Below, in pieces: positions 59,356 to 64,000 of a stretch of DNA of 64,000 nucleotides (position 1 is its first letter; every line of letters begins with the position of its first letter). Position numbers and translations under genes: made by a program. The notes beneath the pieces are model-generated. The model ran no database searches and was not told where the DNA came from. It worked only from the letters and a program-made list of their open reading frames with translations. The DNA lies in NCBI GenBank assembly GCA_029978705.1, contig JAPOIY010000005.1, positions 18,618 through 82,617 of the forward strand, in the 5' to 3' direction. The DNA comes from Actinomycetota bacterium (GTDB taxonomy: Bacteria > Actinomycetota > Actinomycetes > S36-B12 > GCA-2699445).

Positions 59356-59973
59356 TCAGCTCACGAGGGAGGACCGCATACAGATCGCCACCATCTGCGC
59401 CCGGTCGCCCGTACCGAGTTTGCGGCCGATCCGGGACAGGTGGCTCTTGACCGTGAGGGCCGACAGGTTCAGCTCCTCGCCGATCTCGCGGTTCGTGTGT
59501 CCGTTGGCCACCAACTGGATGACCTGGATCTCCCGGTCGGACAGGTCGGGGCGGGTGTGGGGATGCCCGTCGAGGGCGGGCGTGGCATCGCTCGGGGGCG
59601 GTGCAGCCACCGAGCCGGAGCGGCTGACCACAAAACTGCGGATCTTGGCGGCGAGCGCCAGGCGGACCGTGTTGTCGTCACCGCGGGGGCTGACCATCAC
59701 CAGGCGGTGCCAGCCCTGGCGGCGCAGGTCGCGGATGACCTGCAGAATGGGGCCGTCCTGGGGTGCCGCCTCGACGACACACACCCCATGGTCGGTGGCC
59801 TGGCGGCCCCGGGACAGAGCATCCGACGGACCGAGGGCCTCCAGGACGCGGCCGATGCCGACGCTACGCAGGGGGGCCATCCACTTCCGGCGGTGGTCGC
59901 CGTCGGGGGTGACCAGCAGGGCCGACAGGCGCGGCAGCGGCCGGCGCACTGGGCCCACGGTCATCGACGTCAC
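59356..59973 (-). CDS. LuxR/NarL-type DNA-binding regulator with degenerate receiver-like domain
   Basis: C-terminal HTH LSDREIQVIQLVANGHTNREIGEELNLSALTVKSHLSRI. Start set to GTG 59973, 5 nt after AGGAGG; in-frame GTG 59994 and ATG 59964 are alternatives. Confidence 0.8.
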   Translation of the reverse strand: MTSMTVGPVRRPLPRLSALLVTPDGDHRRKWMAPLRSVGIGRVLEALGPSDALSRGRQATDHGVCVVEAAPQDGPILQVIRDLRRQGWHRLVMVSPRGDDNTVRLALAAKIRSFVVSRSGSVAAPPPSDATPALDGHPHTRPDLSDREIQVIQLVANGHTNREIGEELNLSALTVKSHLSRIGRKLGTGDRAQMVAICMRSSLVS

Positions 59974-60066
59974 GGCAGCCTCCTGGCCTCCCACAATGCC
60001 CGTGGAATCGGCCTGTTTCCTGTTTTCCTTGAAGAAGCCGGCCTCCGGCGGTGATTCGCCGGGTTG

Positions 60067-60627
60067 TCATCGGCGCAATTGGGACACCCCGGGGGCGATG
60101 GGCTCCAGCCCCGCCATTGTGGCCAGCAGCCCCAACCACGCCGCGCCGTGGGCGCCGATCCGGTCGTCGACGGGGGTCCACGATGCCCGGATCTCCAGCT
60201 CGCCGGCCGGTTCGCGACCGGCCATGGCCCCGTAGGGCTGGGAGTGGGTGGTGGTGACGGTCCCCCCGAACGCGGTCACGGCCGCGTCCGCCTCGGCCAG
60301 GGCATCGGTCAGGAAGGACCACCCGACGTCGTTGAGCATCGCGTCGCCGGCCATTCCGGTCTCCAGTTCGGCCTTCCCGAAGACCACCACCCGCCACGTG
60401 CCCTCCCATGCCTCCTGGCCGTCGGGGTCGTGCAGCAGCACCAACCGGCCGCTGCCGCGTTCCTCGTCGTCCACCACGACGTCGGCGGTCAGGGCGATGG
60501 CGTACGGAGCGAGTCGTTGCGGAGCCGGGGCCTCCTCCACCTCGATCTCCGTGCGGGGCCGCAGATCCCGCAACTGCGCCAGGGCGGAACGGAAACCCGA
60601 GTCGTCGGGGTCGTCGGCGGAGTGCAC
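60067..60627 (-). CDS. DUF3000 domain-containing protein
   Basis: 186 aa. Conserved between rnd and hemE in actinobacteria (cf. Rv2680, from memory). Confidence 0.7.
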   Translation of the reverse strand: MHSADDPDDSGFRSALAQLRDLRPRTEIEVEEAPAPQRLAPYAIALTADVVVDDEERGSGRLVLLHDPDGQEAWEGTWRVVVFGKAELETGMAGDAMLNDVGWSFLTDALAEADAAVTAFGGTVTTTHSQPYGAMAGREPAGELEIRASWTPVDDRIGAHGAAWLGLLATMAGLEPIAPGVSQLRR

Positions 60628-60685
60628 CCTGGCAGGCTATCGCCGGTTGCTGCGGTCCCGGCCGTCATCGTGGCAGGATCACGCC

Positions 60686-61801
60686 GTGTCCTCTGCGCTG
60701 CCCCCGGATCATCCGATGGCGGGCGCGACCGCGGACGCCGCCCTCATCACGGCCGCCCGGGGGCGTCCCACCACCGAGGTGCCGGTGTGGTTCATGCGTC
60801 AGGCCGGGCGCTCCCTGCCCGAGTACCGCGCGCTGCGGGCCGGCGGCGCCATGCTGGACGCCTGCTTCGACACCGACCTCGTGACGGAGATCACGCTGCA
60901 GCCGGTACGCCGCCACGGTGTCGACGCGGCGATCCTCTTCAGCGACATCGTGGTCCCCCTGCGCGCCGCGGGTGTCGCCGTGACCATCGAAGCCGGGGTC
61001 GGTCCGGTGATGGCCGACCCCGTGCGCGACGCCGCCGCCGTGGCCCGGATCGGCGAGCTCGGGGACACCGGCAGCATCGAAGCGGCCGTGACCGCGCTGA
61101 CCCGCCAGTTGGGGTCCACGCCACTGATCGGCTTCTGCGGCGCCCCCTTCACGCTCGCCTCCTACCTCGTGGAGGGCGGCCCCAGCCGGGAGCACCCCAC
61201 CACCAAGGCGCTGATGTGGGGACAGCCGGCGGTGTGGCAGGAGTTGCTCGAACGAGTCGCGGACCTCTGCGGGGAGTTCCTGCGCCGCCAGGTCCTGGCC
61301 GGCGCCAGCGCCGTGCAGATCTTCGACTCGTGGGCCGGGACGCTCAATCGCGCCGACTACGAACGATTCGTCCGGCCGTACACCGAGCGGGTCCTCGCCC
61401 ACATCGCCGACCTCCCGGTACCCCGCATCCACTTCGGGGTCGGCACCGGGGAACTGCTGTCCGCGATGGCGCTGCCGCAAGTGGACGTGGTGGGGGTCGA
61501 CTTCCGGGTGTCGCTTGCCGACGGCATCGCCCGCATCGGGGCCGGGCACAGCGTCCAGGGCAACCTCGCCCCCGCCGCACTGCTCGCCCCGCCCGCCGTG
61601 ATCCGCGAGCGAACCGCCGCCATCATCCGCCAGGGCGCCACCGCCCGCGGTCACATCATGAACCTGGGCCACGGGGTCCTGCCGCACACCGATGCCGAGG
61701 TCATCACCGATCTCGTGGCGTGGATCCATGAGGAAGGACCGGCCATCCGGGCCGGGGCCCTGTCGAATCCTGCCGCCGGTGATGGGAAGGTGGGGGCATG
61801 A
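60686..61801 (+). CDS. hemE: uroporphyrinogen decarboxylase
   Basis: Motif PVWFMRQAGRSLPEYRALR. ORF 60248.. trimmed to GTG 60686; ATG 60716 is an alternative. Confidence 0.93.
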   Translation: MSSALPPDHPMAGATADAALITAARGRPTTEVPVWFMRQAGRSLPEYRALRAGGAMLDACFDTDLVTEITLQPVRRHGVDAAILFSDIVVPLRAAGVAVTIEAGVGPVMADPVRDAAAVARIGELGDTGSIEAAVTALTRQLGSTPLIGFCGAPFTLASYLVEGGPSREHPTTKALMWGQPAVWQELLERVADLCGEFLRRQVLAGASAVQIFDSWAGTLNRADYERFVRPYTERVLAHIADLPVPRIHFGVGTGELLSAMALPQVDVVGVDFRVSLADGIARIGAGHSVQGNLAPAALLAPPAVIRERTAAIIRQGATARGHIMNLGHGVLPHTDAEVITDLVAWIHEEGPAIRAGALSNPAAGDGKVGA

Positions 61802-63315
61802 CCGTGAGCGCCAGCGACTCGGAGGCGACCCCCATGCGCCCCGTGCTGAGTGTCGTCCCGGCCGCCCCGGAGCGCCGGGTCGTCGTGATCGGCGGTGGCA
61901 TCGCCGGCCTCGCGGCGGCGCACTTCGTCGCCACCGAGTCGCGCGGGACCCTGGGTGTCACCGTTCTCGAAGCCGGTCCCCGCGTCGGGGGCAAACTGGC
62001 CACCGCCGAGGTCGCGGGAGTGACCGTGGACAGCGGCGCGGAGGCGATGCAGTCCACCCGGCCGGAAGCGGTCAGCCTGGCCCGCGCCGTCGGTCTGGAA
62101 CGCGACATCGTGCACCCCGAGGTCTTCGGCGCTTCCCTGTGGCTGGGGGATCGGCTCCGGCGCATGCCGCCCACCGTGATGGGGGTTCCCACCGACCTGC
62201 GCGCCCTCGCTGCTGCCCAGGTGCTCGGCGCCCGCTCCCTGCTGACTCTCCCCCTGGAGTACGCACGCCCCGCGACGCGGTTCGACGGTGACGTCTCGGT
62301 CGGCGCCTTCGTGGAGTCGCGCCTCGGCCGTGACCTCGTCGAGACCCTCGTCGAGCCCCTCCTCGGCGGCGTGTACGCCGGACGCGCCGACGCGCTGTCG
62401 TTGGAGGCGACGGTGCCGATGCTCTTCCGGGAACTGCGGGGCGAGTCGTCCCTGCTGCGCGCCGCCGAACGCACCGCCCGCGGTGGCGGCCGCCGCGCCG
62501 GCGCGCGCCGCGGCCCGATCTTCGCGGGAATCCGGGGCGGCGTGGGCCGGCTGCCGCAGGCCGTGGCCGCCGACCTCGTCGACCGGGGTGCCGTCGTGCG
62601 CACGGATGCTGTGGTGCGCTCCCTGCACCGGGTGGACGACCGTTGGCGCATCATCGTCGCCTCGGGCGACCAGGGTGAGGTGCTGGAGGCCGAAGAGATT
62701 ATCCTCGCCGTGCCCCCGCATCAGGCGTCGGCGCTGCTGACCCACGTGAGCCCGTCGGCTGCCAACGACTTGGGCCTCATCGACATGTCGAGCATGGCCA
62801 TCGTGACCCTGGCCTACCCAGCGGAGGCGGTGCCCCCGCTGTCCGGATCCGGATTCCTCGTCCCCCCCAACCAGGGACGCACTCTCAAGGCAGCCAACTA
62901 CGCCACCAGCAAGTGGGACTGGATCGCCCGGGAGGCGCGTACCCGCCGCGGCCGCGACGACGCGCTCGTGGTCATCCGGGCATCCGTGGGCAGACTCGGC
63001 GAGGAGGACGCCTGGCAGCGTTCGGACTCCGACCTCGTGTCGGACGTGCATGCCGAGCTGGCGGACGCGATCGGCATCAGAGACCTGCCGGTCGATCGCA
63101 CCGTGACGAGGTGGCGCGACGCCATCCCGCAGTACGCGACCGGCCACGTGCGCCGCGTCGAACGCATCCGCTCGGCGGTGGCGGGGATCCCCGATCTCGA
63201 GATCTGCGGCGCGGCATTCGACGGCGTGGGAGTGGCGGCCGTGATCGGTTCCGCCCGCACCGCTGCGCGCGGGGTCCTCAGCCGCAGCGGCCGGGCAGCC
63301 GCGGTGGCACACTGA
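61798..63315 (+). CDS. hemY: protoporphyrinogen/coproporphyrinogen III oxidase (HemY/CgoX type)
   Basis: 505 aa. FAD motif [18 protein letters not shown] overlap with hemE. Confidence 0.85.
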   Translation: MTVSASDSEATPMRPVLSVVPAAPERRVVVIGGGIAGLAAAHFVATESRGTLGVTVLEAGPRVGGKLATAEVAGVTVDSGAEAMQSTRPEAVSLARAVGLERDIVHPEVFGASLWLGDRLRRMPPTVMGVPTDLRALAAAQVLGARSLLTLPLEYARPATRFDGDVSVGAFVESRLGRDLVETLVEPLLGGVYAGRADALSLEATVPMLFRELRGESSLLRAAERTARGGGRRAGARRGPIFAGIRGGVGRLPQAVAADLVDRGAVVRTDAVVRSLHRVDDRWRIIVASGDQGEVLEAEEIILAVPPHQASALLTHVSPSAANDLGLIDMSSMAIVTLAYPAEAVPPLSGSGFLVPPNQGRTLKAANYATSKWDWIAREARTRRGRDDALVVIRASVGRLGEEDAWQRSDSDLVSDVHAELADAIGIRDLPVDRTVTRWRDAIPQYATGHVRRVERIRSAVAGIPDLEICGAAFDGVGVAAVIGSARTAARGVLSRSGRAAAVAH

Positions 63316-63319
63316 CCCC

Positions 63320-64000
63320 ATGAGCGAAGCCGGCCGCCCCCCCGCCACCAAGGCGCAGAAGGTGCGCGCCATCAACGCCTCCATCGCCTACATGATGATC
63401 AGCGTCTACAAGGCGGACGGTCCCGTGCCCGGCACGGAACTGGCCCTGAAGGAGGCCGAGTCGGCGTGGGACGGCGTCACCGTCCGCGGCTGGTACGACG
63501 TGGGCGGCCTGCGCGCCGACGCCGATGTCATGATCTGGTCCCACGCGCCGGACAGCGACAGCCTGCAGGCCGCCTACCACGCCTTCGGGCGCACCGAGGT
63601 GGGCCGGGCCATGACGCCCGTCTGGTCGCAGATGGCCCTGCACCGGCCCGCCGAGTTCAACCGGTCCCACGTGCCTGCCTTCCTGGCCGACGAGGACCCG
63701 GGGGACTACTTGTGTGTCTACCCGTTCGTGCGGTCGTACGAGTGGTACCTGCTGCCTGACGACGAGCGCCGGGCCCTGCTCGTGGAGCACGGCCAGATGG
63801 GGCGGGAGTACCCGGACGTGCGGGCCAACACCGTCGCGTCGTTCGCCCTCGGAGACTACGAGTGGATCCTGGCCTTCGAGGCCGACGAATTGCACCGCAT
63901 CGTCGACCTGATGCGCGCCCTCCGTGCCTCCGGGGCGCGGCGCCACGTCCGCGAGGAGATCCCCTTCTACACGGGCCGCCGCCACGAGCCGGCGGACCTC
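63320..64000 (+). CDS. chdC: hydrogen peroxide-dependent heme synthase (coproheme decarboxylase), 3' end outside window
   Basis: Not in the ORF track because there is no stop in the window. My translation from ATG 63320 reads ...[26 protein letters not shown]...[25 protein letters not shown]...[11 protein letters not shown], typical of HemQ/ChdC. Confidence 0.85.
   Translation, partial: MSEAGRPPATKAQKVRAINASIAYMMISVYKADGPVPGTELALKEAESAWDGVTVRGWYDVGGLRADADVMIWSHAPDSDSLQAAYHAFGRTEVGRAMTPVWSQMALHRPAEFNRSHVPAFLADEDPGDYLCVYPFVRSYEWYLLPDDERRALLVEHGQMGREYPDVRANTVASFALGDYEWILAFEADELHRIVDLMRALRASGARRHVREEIPFYTGRRHEPADL

Overview
This is a very GC-rich chromosomal core region from an Actinomycetota genome, and it is almost gap-free. 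Hand counts of single 60-nt lines give about 73-82% G+C in typical genes. I annotate 64 protein-coding genes. I found no rRNA, tRNA, CRISPR array, transposase, integrase or phage gene.

Gene order follows well-known actinobacterial synteny blocks (M. tuberculosis locus numbers are from memory):
- gpsA-ddl-thiL-rpmB-yloV-recG-rsmD-coaD-yceD-rpmF-rnc-mutM-smc-(P450)-ftsY, cf. Rv2982c..Rv2921c.
- parE and parC, separated by about 6 kb of other genes.
- A GNAT/ACS-type protein acetyltransferase, DUF5998 and a phosphodiesterase, followed by sepH.
- hemH and an inositol monophosphatase.
- The block DUF4193 / DUF4235 / DUF3093 / thioesterase / dut / DUF3710 / OB-fold / DUF3159 / trkA-trkA / APC permease / RNA methyltransferase, cf. 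Rv2701c..Rv2689c.
- acnA, dxs, fadBA and rnd.
- An atypical LuxR regulator, DUF3000, and hemE-hemY-chdC. The last gene is cut by the window end.

Many ORF-track entries are long antisense or out-of-frame ORFs typical of high-GC DNA, and I rejected them. Several ORF-track N-termini were trimmed by hand to starts supported by SD sequences, -10 boxes or stop/start overlaps.

I do not see a discrete, clearly novel system. There are no defence, mobile-element or biosynthetic-cluster hallmarks. The most accessory-looking DNA is:
- A lone cytochrome P450 wedged between smc and ftsY.
- The DUF7455-DUF456-amidase operon.
- The parE-parC interval, which holds an orphan lipoprotein solute-binding protein, a PRX-like redoxin / TrxR-type FNR / beta-carbonic anhydrase operon, and a lower-GC secreted pair that includes a divergent AttH/CrtC-like lipocalin protein.

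Other leads are a TrkA-TrkA pair facing an APC permease with no TrkH/KtrB partner in the window, a recurrent leaderless-promoter architecture, and a tandem 16-nt repeat in the rpmB leader. All calls come from reading the sequence and ORF translations by eye. No searches or computations were run.
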